A program made the position numbers and the translations under genes. A stretch of 64,000 nucleotides of DNA. Origin: Eledone cirrhosa. Lineage: Eukaryota. Positions 1 through 13,030 of this stretch are shown here, one piece after another. The notes under the pieces are model-generated. The model was not told the origin of the DNA. It saw nothing but the letters and a program-made list of their open reading frames with translations, and ran no database searches. Positions within the stretch are counted from its first letter, which is position 1. Each line of letters opens with the position of its first letter. The stretch covers positions 216,442,001 to 216,506,000 of the forward strand of contig OZ024743.1 in assembly GCA_964016885.1 (NCBI GenBank). The letters run 5' to 3'.

Positions 1-619
1 GTTTGCTAGTTTAACAATCTAGCTACGATTAATAAAGAAGAGTTCAGTCTTTTAACCTAATCCTTTTTGTGTTTTATGCACACACTACATTGCTGTCAAT
101 GTATAAGCTATAATACATTTAATTTGTGATGTTTGCTATTAAAAATATTTCCGAATTTACAAAACCGAGCACCGATATGAATAGTATCGTCGAGGTTTTC
201 TACTTCTCTGCGTAGAACCTCATATCATACGATACGGCACTTTATATTCTGAGTTCGCTTACAGAATCATTACGGACAACCTGTATCACCCTTTATTTCT
301 TGGCACAGATGACGGCCTTTTACATGCATGGATGAGCAACTGCAGGTCTTCCACAAATAATTTTGCACAAGCATGTGATTTGAAGGGTAATATTCCATGT
401 ACAAATCCATTGTTAGGGTTTTTAAATATATAGAACTTACTATGTCTCTTGCGATCATTTTCTTACATATTACTCAACAATTATAAGAATTACAATAAAG
501 AGATATGATATTTGATTTGGACACATGTACGTATATATGCATTGATATGATATAATAATTGCAGTGTATACTGAACAAAACATGTTTAAAACATACATAA
601 TATATACATATAGTATATA

Positions 620-697
620 CAGGGCGTCCCAAGAAATGAAAACACACTTTGATTAGAATGCTGTTGAAATGTGTATACATTTTGGGGGGACAGCCTG
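620..697. mobile_element. Tc1/mariner-type MITE (78 bp)
   Basis: Imperfect terminal inverted repeats CAGGGCGTCCCAAGAAATG / CATTTTGGGGGGACAGCCTG, with TA on both sides. Confidence 0.6.
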
Positions 698-759
698 TAT
701 ATATGGAGAAGGTAAAAGGGGAGAGTGAGAAAGAGGGGGAGAAGGAGAGTGTGTTTAAA

Positions 760-1070
760 ATGGTAAGGGGTCGCATGATTTATTATGGACCATCTCGTAT
801 TAAAGACAACTTTCTTATCTTTAATCTACCATATTGTCTCTGCTAAAATTGTTTGTGATCTGTTGTCTTTTAATGAACTCATTGACGGGAGGCAGTTGTT
901 TTCGAATAGTCATTCAGTTGGTGTTCTGCAGTTACAAATACAACCATTAGTTTCGACTGAGGTTGCATATATCAGTAATGTTGAATGTTCTTAGGACAGG
1001 GAATGAAACAGTGCGTTCTACGCATAATGCAGACCGGGAATATTATAGTATAGGTATCTTTAATACAGGT
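760..1070 (-). pseudogene. Degenerate Penelope-like GIY-YIG endonuclease fragment
   Basis: Manual translation gives CICNCRTPTE*LFENNCL and, after a deletion or frameshift, SQTILAETIW*IKDKKVVFNTRWSIINHATPY. This resembles the CNC linker and C-terminal part of ORF 13701-14450. Confidence 0.55.
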
Positions 1071-1407
1071 GAGTTACCACCATTGGTTCCCAATAGCGCA
1101 TTTGGTAACCAATGGTAGCAATTAAAACATGTTGATCGTAATTATATTATTATATATACATATATATATATATGTATAAAGAGAGAGAGAGAAAGCAGGT
1201 GGGAGAGAGAGTTTGGGAGTTCCCAGTTTAGACTAGTAACCTATGTTCAGATAAGTGCTCAATATTAAAGAGAGTAACATTTATGTACATTAAATTGTTA
1301 GTGCCGGACGGGTAAGCTTTGGAGGCTTCGACGGCAAATCTCTTCCCCTCTCTCGCTCTATATATATGTATATATATATATATACACACACATATGTATA
1401 TATATAT

Positions 1408-1834
1408 ATTGTTATAATTTGGGAGGATTGTGTTGCAAATAAAATCACACACATCTGCTTGTTTTCACTTCAATTTCTTATAAATTTCCGGTTGGCTGGT
1501 TGGTTGGTTCGCTAACCGGAAGGCTGTTTGGATATAGTCAAAGCTCTCTTGTTACATATTCTGTAGAACATTTTGTAGGACAGAACAAAGGAGAGACACA
1601 CAAAATAAAAACCTAGACACTGAGGAGGTCACAGAATATGGGACAAAAGAGCTTTGACAATATGCAAACAACCTTCTGGTTTTGGAACCAACCAACCGGA
1701 AATTTAAAATAAATTGAAGTGAAAACCAACAGAAGCGTGTGTTTTTATTAGCAACATAACTCTCCCAAAGTATAACAATATCCGTTTCAACACACGTTTC
1801 AGAAAAGAAATCTCTCAAAACAAATTCAAAAGCG

Positions 1835-1840
<6 letters not shown>
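1408..1840. mobile_element. Non-coding PLE pseudo-LTR fold-back, same family as 24.8-25.4 kb, 53-54 kb and 58-60 kb; degenerate hammerhead at 1616-1658
   Basis: Arms at about 1408-1565 and 1628-1780 are reverse complements. Shares GGTTGGTTGG, CTCCCAAAGTATAACAATAT and CTGAGGAGGTCACA with the other copies. Flanked by (TA)n. Confidence 0.8.
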
Positions 1841-1867
<27 letters not shown>

Positions 1868-1887
<20 letters not shown>

Positions 1888-2600
1888 AGCGTTTCAATTG
1901 TCCTAATAACTTATTTTAGTTATTATCGCACCAACGTGAGGTATATGGTTTTTAATGCGATGAAATACCAATGATGGTTGGCAAATCACTGATGAGAGAC
2001 TCATTGTATAACATGTAATCCATGTGCAACCATGCAGTATTCTTCTCCCCATATTTTTCACATATATTTACCTAAACTGCGATTCTGTGTTTCTCTCCTT
2101 CTCTCTTACTGCTCCATCGTTCTCTCTGTTTCTCTTACTTTCTTTCGTCCCCTCTGTCATGTCAGTTAACACTTTCTCTCTACTGACCTCTTCCTCGCAC
2201 TTCCACTCACTCACTCTCTGTTTCTCCCCTTCTCACTTCCCCCCGTTCGCTACGAACACGATTTTCCTTCTTTCTTACGTCGGATTCACTAGCGGAAGGT
2301 CTATTTCTAACTCGCTCATATATTCACCCAGCTTATACTGACAGAATAAACATGTTGCTTGTGTTTCTTTCTATCTTCGGTTAGCTTTCCCCTGTATTGT
2401 TTACTTGTCTCACTCGCTTTACGCGTTTCAATTGTCCTAATAACTTATTTTAGTTATTATCGCACCTACGTGAGGTATATGATTTTTAATGCGATGAAAT
2501 ACCAATGATCGGTGGCAAATCACTGATGAGGGACTCATTTTATAACATGTAATCCAGGTGCAACCATGCAGTATTCTTCTCCCCATATGTTTCACTTATA
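1868..2600. repeat. Direct repeat of about 190 bp (1868-2065 and 2423-2600) around a CT-rich spacer; pLTR-like
   Basis: GCGTTTCAATTGTCCTAATAAC...CATGCAGTATTCTTCTCCCCATAT occurs twice, between (TA)n tracts. Confidence 0.75.
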
Positions 2601-3900
2601 TATATATATATAAGTATGTACACGTTCGTACATATATGTATACAGACGTAGTAGTATGTATGTATATATATATACATACATGCACACATATATAAACAAA
2701 CATCCCGTATTAAGCAGGAGTGTCTAGCAACCATCGTTGCTCGTTTGTTCAACACTGAAAAAGGAACGCTGTACTAGTTTCAAGCTTATTAGCTATCGTC
2801 AGCAACGCATACATTCCTACCAGATTGTTGAACGTATATACTTATTTTATGCATATTATCGGCTGAGTAGTCCAATTTGCATATTGAGTGGGTTAATCGG
2901 CCGGGTGCACCGAAAACGATAAGCTTGAAACTAGTTCAGCATTCCATTGTCAGTGTTGAACAAACGAGTAACGATGGTGCTAGACACTACAGCTTAATAC
3001 GGAATGTTTGTTTATATATGTGTGAATGTATGTATATATATATATATATATATACATACTACTACGTCTGTATACATATATGTATGTACGTGTACATACT
3101 TATATTTAAGTAACAGCTGTACTAAGTGTGGGAAATGAAATTTCGTTTCATTTTTTTCCGTTTATCGTTTTCGGTGCACCCGGCCGATTAAGCCACTCGA
3201 TATGCAAATTGGGGTACTCAGCCGTTAATATGCATAAGGTAAGTATATACGTTCAACAATCTTGCAGGAAGGTATACGTTGCTGGCGATAGCTAATAAGC
3301 TTGCAAGTAGTACAGCGTTCCTTTGTCAGTGTTGAACAAACGAGCAACGATGGTTGCTAGACACTACGGCTTAATACGGGATGTCTGTTTATATATGTGT
3401 GCATGTATGTATAGATATATATACCTACTACTACGTCTGTATACATATATTTATGTACGTGTACATACTTATATTTAAGTAACAGCCGTACTAAGAGTGG
3501 GAAATGAAATTTCGTTTCATTTTTTCCGTTTATCGTTTTCCGTTCACCCGGCCGATTAACTCACTCGATATGCAAATTGGGGTACTCAGCCGTTAATATG
3601 CATAAGGTAAGTATATACGTTCAACAATCTGGCAGGAAGGTATACTTTGCTGACGATAGCTAATAAGCTTGAATCTAGTACAGCGTTCCTTTGTCAGTGT
3701 TGAACAAACGAGCAACGATGGTTGCTAGACACCACGGCTTAATACGGGATGTGTGTTTATATATGTGTGCATGTATGTATATATATATATATACTACTAC
3801 GTCTGTATACATATATGTATGTACGTGTACATACTTATATTTAAGTAACAGCCGTACTAAGAGTGGGAAATGAAATTTCGTTTCATTTTCTCCATTTATA
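2597..3900. repeat. Hammerhead-containing non-coding array: one minus arm (2597-2920) plus about 2.6 plus-strand units of about 370 bp
   Basis: ACGATGG(T)TGCTAGACAC recurs near 2971, 3348 and 3715. Hammerhead motifs at 2766-2808(-), 3276-3318(+) and 3644-3686(+). Confidence 0.85.
2766..2808 (-). ncRNA. Minimal type I hammerhead ribozyme, intact core
   Basis: Reverse complement reads GCGTTG CTGACGA TAGCT-AATA-AGCTT GAAA CTAG TA CAGCGT. Stem I is 6 bp, stem III is the palindrome ACTAGT, and the cleavage triplet is GUA. Confidence 0.8.
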
Positions 3901-3964
3901 CATATATACATATTAAAATTAGAATTGGAGCTCTGAAATAGTATTATATATATGGATGTATATA

Positions 3965-4427
3965 TAATGTATTTTGCAATACACTTTATACCTAATTAAA
4001 AGCATTTTGAAGACCGTATGCTATTGTTTTAGAGTAGTGACAAACTCACTTACTTTAATCTCAGCAAACAAGGGGAGATAAGCCGACAAGGCCTTGTTTC
4101 GCATTTATTGATGCTTATCAAGACTAACTACTCCCTCCTGTCTGCTGAGATCACTGATGTTATATTCTTATAGAATTCTAGTAAATAATCAGGAACTGAT
4201 TATACAGAGCGGTTCCCGGTCAGGCAGAAATTAAAAATTAGAATCAGCAGACAGGAGGGAGTAGTTAGCCTTGATAAGCATCAATAAATGCGAAACAAGG
4301 CCTTGTCGGCTTATCTCCCCTTGTTTGCTGAGATTAAAGTAAGTGAGTTTGTCACTACTCTAAAACAATAGCATACGGTCTTCAAAATGCTTTTAATTAA
4401 GCATAAAGTGTATTGCAAAATACATTA
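3965..4427. repeat. Near-perfect inverted repeat (arms 3965-4148 and 4244-4427), each arm with a hammerhead
   Basis: Arms are reverse complements over about 185 bp with few mismatches; abuts a long (TA)n tract. Confidence 0.9.
4267..4311 (+). ncRNA. Type I hammerhead ribozyme, U3-A8 core variant (mirror copy at 4081-4125, minus)
   Basis: AGCC TTGATAA GCAT-caataa-ATGC GAAA CAAGGCCTTG TC GGCT. All three stems pair, stem III is palindromic, and the site is GUC. Confidence 0.8.
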
Positions 4428-4435
4428 CATATACA

Positions 4436-4510
<75 letters not shown>

Positions 4511-4512
4511 AT

Positions 4513-4593
<81 letters not shown>

Positions 4594-5270
4594 TTAATAG
4601 TTATGATAAGTTCAATTGATTTATACATACCCGTGTTTCTTACTCATGATGTGTTTACATATTTTATGTTTATGTAATGTGATGGGGAGAGAAATAAATT
4701 GTGATATATGTGGTTATGAAAAACTATTGCTCTAGTATATTGTGTACTTGTGAACCTCTAACAGACGTTATAATTTTACGTCACTCTGTTCATATTATAT
4801 TCTTTTTTCCTTATTACGTACTGATAGTCTTTGTGGAAATAGATATGTTTCTATGTTTTTACGTATGTATGCGTGTGCGTGTAATCCTACGTGGAAGCGT
4901 GTACGTTTCTGTGTGCAGTTATATAGAATGCTGTTAACTGTTATGAAGCATGTGAATATTTTATGTGAATATTATTGTGATATTCAATCATTAATAAATA
5001 ATACACTCCGATCTATAGATCTGCTGACAAAATATATCTAGAGATCGGAAGTAAAGGTCAATTCACATTGGAGGTTCATGGCAGCCATCATAACTAAATG
5101 TGAATAAAACAGACTGAAAAGGATTTGTAAATCAGAAAGACTATAAAGAAAAAACATATACAGATTCGGAAATATAGAGCAGGAAATATTGAATAATAGC
5201 TTGCAAGAATTCAATATACAAACAAACACAGAAACACACACGCACACACACACGACCATAGAGAGAGAGT

Positions 5271-5325
<55 letters not shown>

Positions 5326-5421
5326 AAACAAAGAAAGTGTGGTAAGACACCTGGTGTAGCATAACGCACCAGCGATCTGGTTACTTAGGGCAGTAGAGTG
5401 GATAATAAGAAAAGAGTCAGG

Positions 5422-5516
5422 ACTCCGACGGCTGAGCTCTGGCCGTTTCGACAGCTAGATCCGGACTATGCCACTAGTATTAGAATAGCAGGAATCTGCT
5501 AAACTTATCAAGGGGT
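5422..5516 (-). ncRNA. Hammerhead motif, U3-A8 core with extended stem II
   Basis: Reverse complement reads ACCCC TTGATAA [gtttagcagattcc...ggatctagctgtc] GAAA CGGC-cagagctca-GCCG TC GGAGT. One mismatch in stem I. Confidence 0.65.
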
Positions 5517-6062
5517 ATATTCCCTATATGGGCGTGGAGCCAAAGCAAACAAAGCATAATAATCTAAGCAAAAAATCCTACAAGTTTATTGTTTTCTTGT
5601 CTGTCACGGAGAATGATCAGTGATCTGGTATGAAGTGTTCATAGTTAAATAACTTTATAGCGGTGGGCGGATAAACAGGCCGAAATACAGCTGGTAAGAG
5701 GAAAGAAGGTGGACTGACCTGAGGATGCCAAGCCAGCAAAGGGTTCACGTACGGCCTTATAAGAAATGTCATCCTATACAAATATCTTTAATCTATAAAA
5801 ATGGTAAAATTCAATTCAAAGGGTTAAAAAAAAATATGAGAGACAGAATATAATTTCAGCATGTAAGAATCAAAGAAGGTAGCGTAGAGTGTTTAAGTTA
5901 TGTTTGCCTAATCTAACACTTCGCTAAAAAGCCCGTCGTTTATAAATATATTGGTAATTTATTTCCTGGTTAAGTGATCTAGTAATTAATTACACTGAGG
6001 CACAGGAAGGGTGCCTCGTACACTAATTTACTTGTTTTTTTCTTTTATACTCAAACACCCAA

Positions 6063-6105
<43 letters not shown>

Positions 6106-6117
6106 TGGACTCAATAT

Positions 6118-6250
6118 TGTTCAAATCCCGCCGAGGTTAACTTTGCCTTTCATCCTTATGGGTTGGATAAAATAAAGTACCAGTCACGCACTGGTGTCGA
6201 TTCAATCGACTTTCCCCTCCTCCAAAATTGCTGGCCTTGTGCCTATATAA
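6118..6250 (+). mobile_element. tRNA-derived SINE fragment with Nin/Deu-like core
   Basis: B-box GTTCAAATCCC followed by GCCTTTCATCCTT...GATAAAATAAAGTACCAG; homologous to the 47.2-48.0 kb copies. Confidence 0.75.
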
Positions 6251-6788
6251 AAAACCTATATTGTGTGAGACAATTATGTAGGTTAAGGAATAACTCTTAG
6301 ATACACCCAAACTGCAGGTCAAATTAAAAATGCCAGCATTTCAGATAGGAATAAAAAGATAGATGTTTTTAGAAACAATTACTTACTCAGTCAGCTCAAA
6401 ATTCATTTCAAATCCACGTACAGCTTGGCCTTACCATTATTAACAGCGACTCTATCACCACTACAGCTGCTTGCCGACTCCTTTTATTCCACCGCGCACT
6501 TCTCCGTCTTCCCCTTCCTTACTCTGGTATTACTACCACACCTATCTCCTGTCCCTCCCACCTTCCTCTTCGTCTTTTCCTTTTTCTATTTCTTCCTCTC
6601 CTTCTCCCTTCTCTCCCACACTACTACCAGTCGAAGCCAACGATTTAAACTGTTACCAACTCTGTTGGTCAACACTAACAGAGAACGAAAGAACTTCGGA
6701 CAAAAATATGAACTTGTAAAAACTAAACATTTTTTTTCTCCAATTTATTATTCTTCGTATAAATATGCAATTTAACTGCAACATAGAC

Positions 6789-6843
6789 TTCCGTCCTTGA
6801 AAAGGCATATAAAGCTGAAACCGATACACGGTCAAATGCGGAA
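6789..6843 (+). ncRNA. Hammerhead motif, U3-A8 core, proximal stem I decayed
   Basis: TTCCGTcc TTGAAAA GGC-atataaa-GCT GAAA CCG-ataca-CGG TC aaatGCGGAA. Confidence 0.55.
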
Positions 6844-7010
6844 ATCCCTACTTTATAAATAAATGTTTTGATATTTTACTGAAAAAAACCCTCCAGCATT
6901 TTCTATTGTATTTTTCTTCTTTTTTTACTATCACAGATTGACTTTGTTAGTTTCAGAAGATGCCGTTAAGGGTGAAAGCTGCGATTCTTTGCTTAAACTT
7001 TAATCTGTTA

Positions 7011-7094
<84 letters not shown>

Positions 7095-7230
7095 TAAGTA
7101 TGTTTTGAAACAGTGAGCAGGTTTGGAATTAGAAAATAGAATAGCTTTCACCGGATTTTTGACTAAACAAACCTTAGCCTGATAATGGGGTTTAGAACCC
7201 TCAGATAAATGGAAAAAGATGAGTATTTAC

Positions 7231-7297
7231 GTACATGGGAGTCAAACCCACATATTTGGTTATCCAGACCACTGTGCAACCGTTAAACCAACATATC
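7231..7297 (-). repeat. tRNA-like SINE head or tRNA pseudogene
   Basis: Reverse complement has an A-box-like TGGTTTAACGG and a B-box-like GGTTTGACTCC at tRNA spacing. No clean cloverleaf. Confidence 0.35.
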
Positions 7298-7365
7298 ACA
7301 CTTATATATATATATATACGATATTAACAAATGGAAACTATATTTATAAAACCATATTTATTTCA

Positions 7366-7419
7366 TCGTACATATTTCAGGGACACCAAGTTAAATAATG
7401 GTGTGCTTTCATCAGACAA
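7366..7419 (-). ncRNA. Hammerhead motif; family also at 20943-20998(+) and 62420-62467(-)
   Basis: Reverse complement reads TTG-T-CTGATGA aagcACACCA...TGGTGTccct GAAA TATG TA CGA. ACACCA/TGGTGT covaries to ATACCA/TGGTAT in the 20.9 kb copy. Confidence 0.6.
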
Positions 7420-7599
7420 AATATAATATAGATCAGTTTTATAAATAAATATTGACATACCCTTAAAATTAAAACTATAATTTTCTACTGCAGTATATAT
7501 GATTCTCTCTCTCCCCATAACTCTCTCTCTCTCTCACACACTCTCTCTTTCCCTCTCTCCCTCTCTCTCTATCTATCTCTCTATCTATGTATCTATAAG

Positions 7600-7825
7600 C
7601 AGTAGGCCCTGATAGTTTCCTGAAGAATTGGTGACATCACCTCGCAACACATCATGCTATACTTTAGAAAACCTCATAGGACGCAGGCTATATCTCAGTA
7701 TATATCCTGACCCAGAGTTCAAAACTTACAAGAAGACCCTTGCAGGGAATTACCGTCCAATCTCTCACCTCCAATATCATAAAGGTATATGAGAGTATGG
7801 TGAGATCATGAAAAAGCCATTTCTT
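7600..7825 (+). pseudogene. Short degenerate LINE RT fragment
   Basis: GPDSF... and AGNYRPISHL motifs, with frameshifts; similar to 16405-16620. Confidence 0.5.
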
Positions 7826-8640
7826 TACACGGTAAAATAAGTTAGTCTAACTCATATAATCGTATCTCTACCATGGTTTCTAGAATAAAGAAACAATATT
7901 AGTTATTTCAAATTATTGGAAGAAATTATTCTTGCATCAAAGGAGAATTCTTTGGAACAAGAGACGATATTGATCATGTTGATTCTTTAGTCACGAAACC
8001 ATGGTGAGGAGAAACTTATATAAGTTAGACTGACACGTTTTAAAAAGCCTGACAAGTATTCCCCTAAATTGAGATTTTGATATAAGTTTAATGTCAAATT
8101 GCTTCCTTGAATGAAACATTTACTGTATATTTTATCCATTCATTGCGATGTCTAAATATAAACTACTCTTTGATTGTAGGATATATTTAGACATTCTTTT
8201 GCTGCTATTTCTAGCTTCATTGTATTCCTTTTGTAATGTCTTACTATATAGAGAGATCTTTGTACATTTAGTAGTTCAACAATGTAACGAGTTGGAGGCC
8301 ATGCGGTTTCGGCAACGAAATGGTCTGTATAATCCATTATCAGTATCGCCTCTTCTTCCCAAGAATTCTCCCCTAATGTCAAAATAAGCTCTTCCAATAT
8401 TGGTTTTTACAAAGATTTGAAATAATTGCTATTGTTTCCTTATTATAGAAACCATGCTTCAGGGACGATCATATGAGTGAGATTAACTTATTTTAGGCGA
8501 TCTAAATTATACCCCCCTAAATTGAGATGTTGGCATAAGTTTAATATGTTAAATTACTTCTCTGAATCATATTTCATCTATATATTTTATCCATTCATTG
8601 TGATATCAACGTATCAGCGAGAAATAGGTTTGCAATATGG

Positions 8641-8715
<75 letters not shown>

Positions 8716-8779
8716 TTGATACATACATACATACACACATATATAAATATATACACACACACATACACACGCACGCGCG

Positions 8780-8828
<49 letters not shown>

Positions 8829-9848
8829 ACACATATATATATATATATATATATTAGTTTCCAGATTTTATGTTAAATTTAATTTGGTTTTCCTTAAATT
8901 TAATTAATTTTCTGAAATGCTAAATAGAGAAAGTGCTGCAGTGAATCAAACTGTAATACAGAAGGGGTCTCATAGATACAGTTCATTGTCTTCGTAATTA
9001 AATTCTGGTGGAAGGCATCAGATTTTGATAGGTTCAGACGATGATTTAACAAACCAATTTACAGCAGGTGATTGATACGTTTTTCAAGGAATAATTAGCT
9101 AACTTTACAGAAGAGAAGTTTCATATCACGAAAACGAAAAAAGTGGGAAAGGGTGGGGGAAGAAACAAGGTACCCATAACAAGAAAAGAAATGTAGCATG
9201 AACCTATAATTTTCAGGAAATTAGAAAAAGCAGACAACCAATTTGCAAAGATAATTATAGATTCTGATATTTTCTCGATGGAATTAGCAATTTGCTTACA
9301 CCGGATCTCACAATTCATCCCTCTTCTTCCGATGTATTACATCATGTGCGGGCGGAATAGAAACACGAATACATATTAGATTCGTTAAATTTACTAATAA
9401 ACATGGAACATTTTTCCCTTCTTTTCGCTTTTTTATAAAGCTTATAAGCTTAATTTGGCTTCTTTATTGCTATTTTCTATTCCTTCCTGATCTTGTTGTG
9501 TTTGTACAGTTCTGTATAGTGTTTGATGGAAGATCATATATATATATATATATATGTGTATATATATAGTGAAAACTGGAACGTGAACAAAAACAGAGAG
9601 GCAGTACAAACAAACGTTTATTAGTTTCAAGCCCTTGAGAGTGGAGGGGGAACGATGTTTCGGCCATAAGCCCTTCTTCAGGAGAAAAGTGGGTGGGCAG
9701 AAAGTTCCGAGGGTATGTGGGGGAGTGGTGCAGATACATTTAGAAAAAAAAAGTGGGGGTGGAGGGATATATATATATATATATATGGGGGGCTCGTGTG
9801 TGTACGTGTTTGTATGTGTGTGTGTGTATGTGAGCGTGAGCATATATG

Positions 9849-9895
<47 letters not shown>

Positions 9896-9939
9896 AATAT
9901 AAAGTCGTAGTTTGCTTGAAGGATTGTGTATGATACAGA

Positions 9940-10155
9940 GGAATGTGAAGTGTAAGGACATGACAATGTGAAATGGAAGAAAAAGAAAATAAGACGAAGC
10001 AAGATGTTATATATTAGCTTATTTATTTTTCCGTGTTGATATTTTATCTCGAAATATCAGGACCGATAAATAAAAAAAGGTAACACATGAATATTGCTTC
10101 GTCTTATTTTCTTGTTCGTCCATTTCGCATTGTCGAGACCTTCAAACTTCACACT
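9940..10155. repeat. Imperfect inverted repeat
   Basis: GACAATGTGAAATGGAAGAAAAAGAAAATAAGACGAAGCAA versus TTGCTTCGTCTTATTTTCTTGTTCGTCCATTTCGCATTGTC. Confidence 0.65.
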
Positions 10156-10249
10156 TTTCTATATATATGTATAGTTCAAGAATAGACAGGAACAACACGG
10201 AGATGCAAAATCACACAGACACATGCGTACATATAATTGTATATATATA

Positions 10250-10520
10250 TAATTGGTGGTGGATGCTTAAAGCGTCCGTAAGCGGTAGGCCGTTTGAGCA
10301 CTCGATGCTCTTACAGACCAGAGTATGATATCACATAAGAGACGGAGAATCAGTGTTGCGTCGAATAAATTGTTTTAGACGTATTACAATCGTGTCTCTC
10401 GCAACCAGCTCGAGGCACGATCGATGTAATGATCGAACCTGACTCTGAAATCGCAAGGTCCTCAGATACGTCTCGATTCTTGGAAGGAGAGTTTCCAAAT
10501 GTCCAGGTAACTGGACATTT
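10250..10520 (-). mobile_element. PLE pLTR-like repeat with an extended-stem II hammerhead (10377-10473); related fold-back copy at 15185-15460
   Basis: Reverse complement reads AGACGTAT CTGAGGA [about 60 nt stem II] GACA CGATTG TA ATACGTCT, giving an 8-bp stem I. GAAA is mutated here, but the 15.4 kb copy reads GAAAACGATTGTA. Confidence 0.7.
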
Positions 10521-10529
10521 GAAAACAAC

Positions 10530-10665
10530 GATTATAATAATATTATTTTTCTACTTTTAGCACGGAGCCAGCGATTGTCCCAGTGCATCACTGGTGCTCT
10601 GTTTTGTCGACTACGTGGGGATGAAAGGCAAGGTTGACCTCGGCGGGATTTGAGCTCGGAGCGTG
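10530..10665 (-). mobile_element. tRNA-derived SINE fragment
   Basis: GATGAAAGGCAAGGTTGACCTCGGCGGGATTTGAGCTC plus an (AAT)-rich tail. Confidence 0.7.
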
Positions 10666-10752
10666 GGGTATACATACATACATACATTAACCTAATATAT
10701 ATCTTCCATATACTGTACGGATTATGTTGTTATTTCTGTTTACCTTTTGTAT

Positions 10753-10820
<68 letters not shown>

Positions 10821-11042
10821 TTTTTTTTGTTTTAAATTAAAATAAGAGATTAAATTTTAAGCAAAGTTTCGCTGCTTTCACCCTTAAATGAGTTTCTTGG
10901 CTTAAAGTTTAATCTGTTATATTAATAAATATTTGCTCCGGGGTTCATATATATTTGATATATATTTATCCTTATCGAGCTCTTTTGGGATTTCAGTCTT
11001 CAAATTTATTATTACTACTATATATATATATATATATGTGTG

Positions 11043-11074
<32 letters not shown>

Positions 11075-11592
11075 GGTGTGTGGGTGTGTCTCTGTGTGTG
11101 TGTGTTAGTGAATGGGTGTGTGTGTGTGTGTGCTGAGTGCACCCTCGTTATCGAGTATGGCCATTGAGCGATATAACATTATTAATACTTATCAATTAAT
11201 TATATCGTGCAATGCCTGTGCGTGGAGATTTTTCTTAAAGTGAGGAAAGACTGTGCACGGAGCCAATCCCATTCTCTGAGTGACAGTAGCTATAACCCGA
11301 AAAGAAGAAAAGATAAACATCATCGGTAACTACTGAGCCGTATATTTTATGTTGGAGTTATCCCAGTTTCCTGAGTTGACTTCTCCTAGAAGAATGCCCT
11401 TACAAAGGCTAGGGGTCCTTCACTCCCAGTCGTTTAAACACGCGATCGGGTATCCAGCCCGAATATGTATGTGTCCCCGCGCATATACATACACATACAT
11501 ATGTACATGTGTATATACCTATTATTTACACACTATATACAATGGGTGGAAGAACTCATAATAGTCAACGGCCATCCAAAATTTTGTAAATA

Positions 11593-11662
<70 letters not shown>

Positions 11663-11691
11663 GTATATATATATATATGTATATATATGTA

Positions 11692-11744
<53 letters not shown>

Positions 11745-12179
11745 GTTCAAAAGTAAGTAATAGGAGAATAGACCGTTAATACATGTTTATTTAAAACACC
11801 ACCTACGTACATTTCGCCTGGATGGGCTTCTGAAGGGCAAAAATAACTAACAGTGTTCCTTACATGGCTCGGATAGTGTTTTTTGAGGTAAGTTCACGTC
11901 AGAGTTCATTCTTCGTAAAAATAGCGTGTTTTGATTTTGCAGTAGATCAAGGGAGGTAACTCTGGCCGGTGTTAGTGCAGTCTTTCTCGGACAAATTTTT
12001 CATCCGTTACAAGATGTGGTTACAACCTTACCATTGTCGATACGCACAGGGTCAGGTAAGCAACGTTTGTTTTGAGACGTTTGTTGTTCTGCACCTGCCC
12101 GCCTGGGTCATTTGAAGCTGCGTCTGGGATGCACGGTTAGTGTCCGGATATTTTCAAGCGATGTGTAAAGCGTAACGTC

Positions 12180-13030
12180 GTTTCAGCTCTGCTGTTGATG
12201 AGCTCGTGGGGTGCAGTTATGATGTGGTAGAGCTCCATGAGGCAAAGATCGCACTTCCTCTTGAAGTTTTACGGTGCAGCCCTGCCGACAATATCCCAGT
12301 GCGAGGAGAAGCTGATGTTTAAGTCTTTTAATGATGTGATCTAGTCCGCGAGCGAAGTGGAGTGTCTTAATTTATTATTTGTGAAAGAGTGCAGATGTGT
12401 TCGAAATCTAATTTTGAACGGGCCAGAGGTAGCCCCTATATAATGTTTAACGCTATTGTGGCTAGTTACAGTGCACCTATATATAACCCTACCAGTCAAG
12501 CAGTATCCCCTAAGGGGGCAGCGTCCACAGTCGCGGCAGTTGCAATTTATGTAGCGGTTCCTTCTAATTGCCCCGGTAAGGCTATCATTATTGCTATCTA
12601 TGTTGTTATCTACGCTCCCGCACTTGTCGTTAGCACCATTATAACCCACTGCGCGCGGGGTGGTACCATTATTATTCCGCACTTCATGTCCTGCATGTTC
12701 CCCAGTCATATCGCGGCTATGCTGGTTGCGTCTGTGGAGGCTGTTGCCAGTACTATTGGATGCTGCTAGGGAGTCGTTAAGGCCGATATAGTTATTGTCA
12801 GGTGTAGGTGTGTCTGTGCTAAGGTGGTGTGTATTGGTGATCTTACTGTGATTAGTTGCTCGTATGATGTCTGCCAGGTTAGGAGTAGTAGAGAAGGATA
12901 TTTTTATATTGTTCCTATTAAGGATTTTTCTATACCTATGGTTGGCTGTGAAATTTTCTCTAATGCTTCAAAGAATACCCGGGGTATGTTGGAGGACACA
13001 CTCCGAGAGTAGGGGGTATGGAACCATAGG
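12180..13030 (-). pseudogene. Inverted copy of the PLE GIY-YIG region
   Basis: ORF 12341-12709 (CNCRDCGRCPLRGYCL, YIGATSGPF) is nearly identical to 13701-14450 but has a premature stop. Confidence 0.85.

Noticed and set aside
1868-2560. CTGATGAG (plus strand) and GAAACGCGTA (minus strand) as a hammerhead
   Set aside because: The two core halves are on opposite strands, and I could not build a stem I.
2597-3900. CRISPR-like appearance of the repeat array
   Set aside because: Units are about 370 bp and homologous along their whole length, with no unique spacers or cas genes, in a eukaryotic context.
6945-6995. CAGAAGATGCCGTTAAGGGTGAAAGC, related to 10860-10900
   Set aside because: Core and stems are too degenerate to call.
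8152-8397. Possible Tc1/mariner transposase remnant (FVAETAWPP)
   Set aside because: A single weak motif only.
9645-9690. Minus-strand CTGAAGA AGGGCTTATGGCC GAAACATCGTT
   Set aside because: The core is present but stem I cannot pair (TTCTC vs CCCCC). At best a decayed motif.
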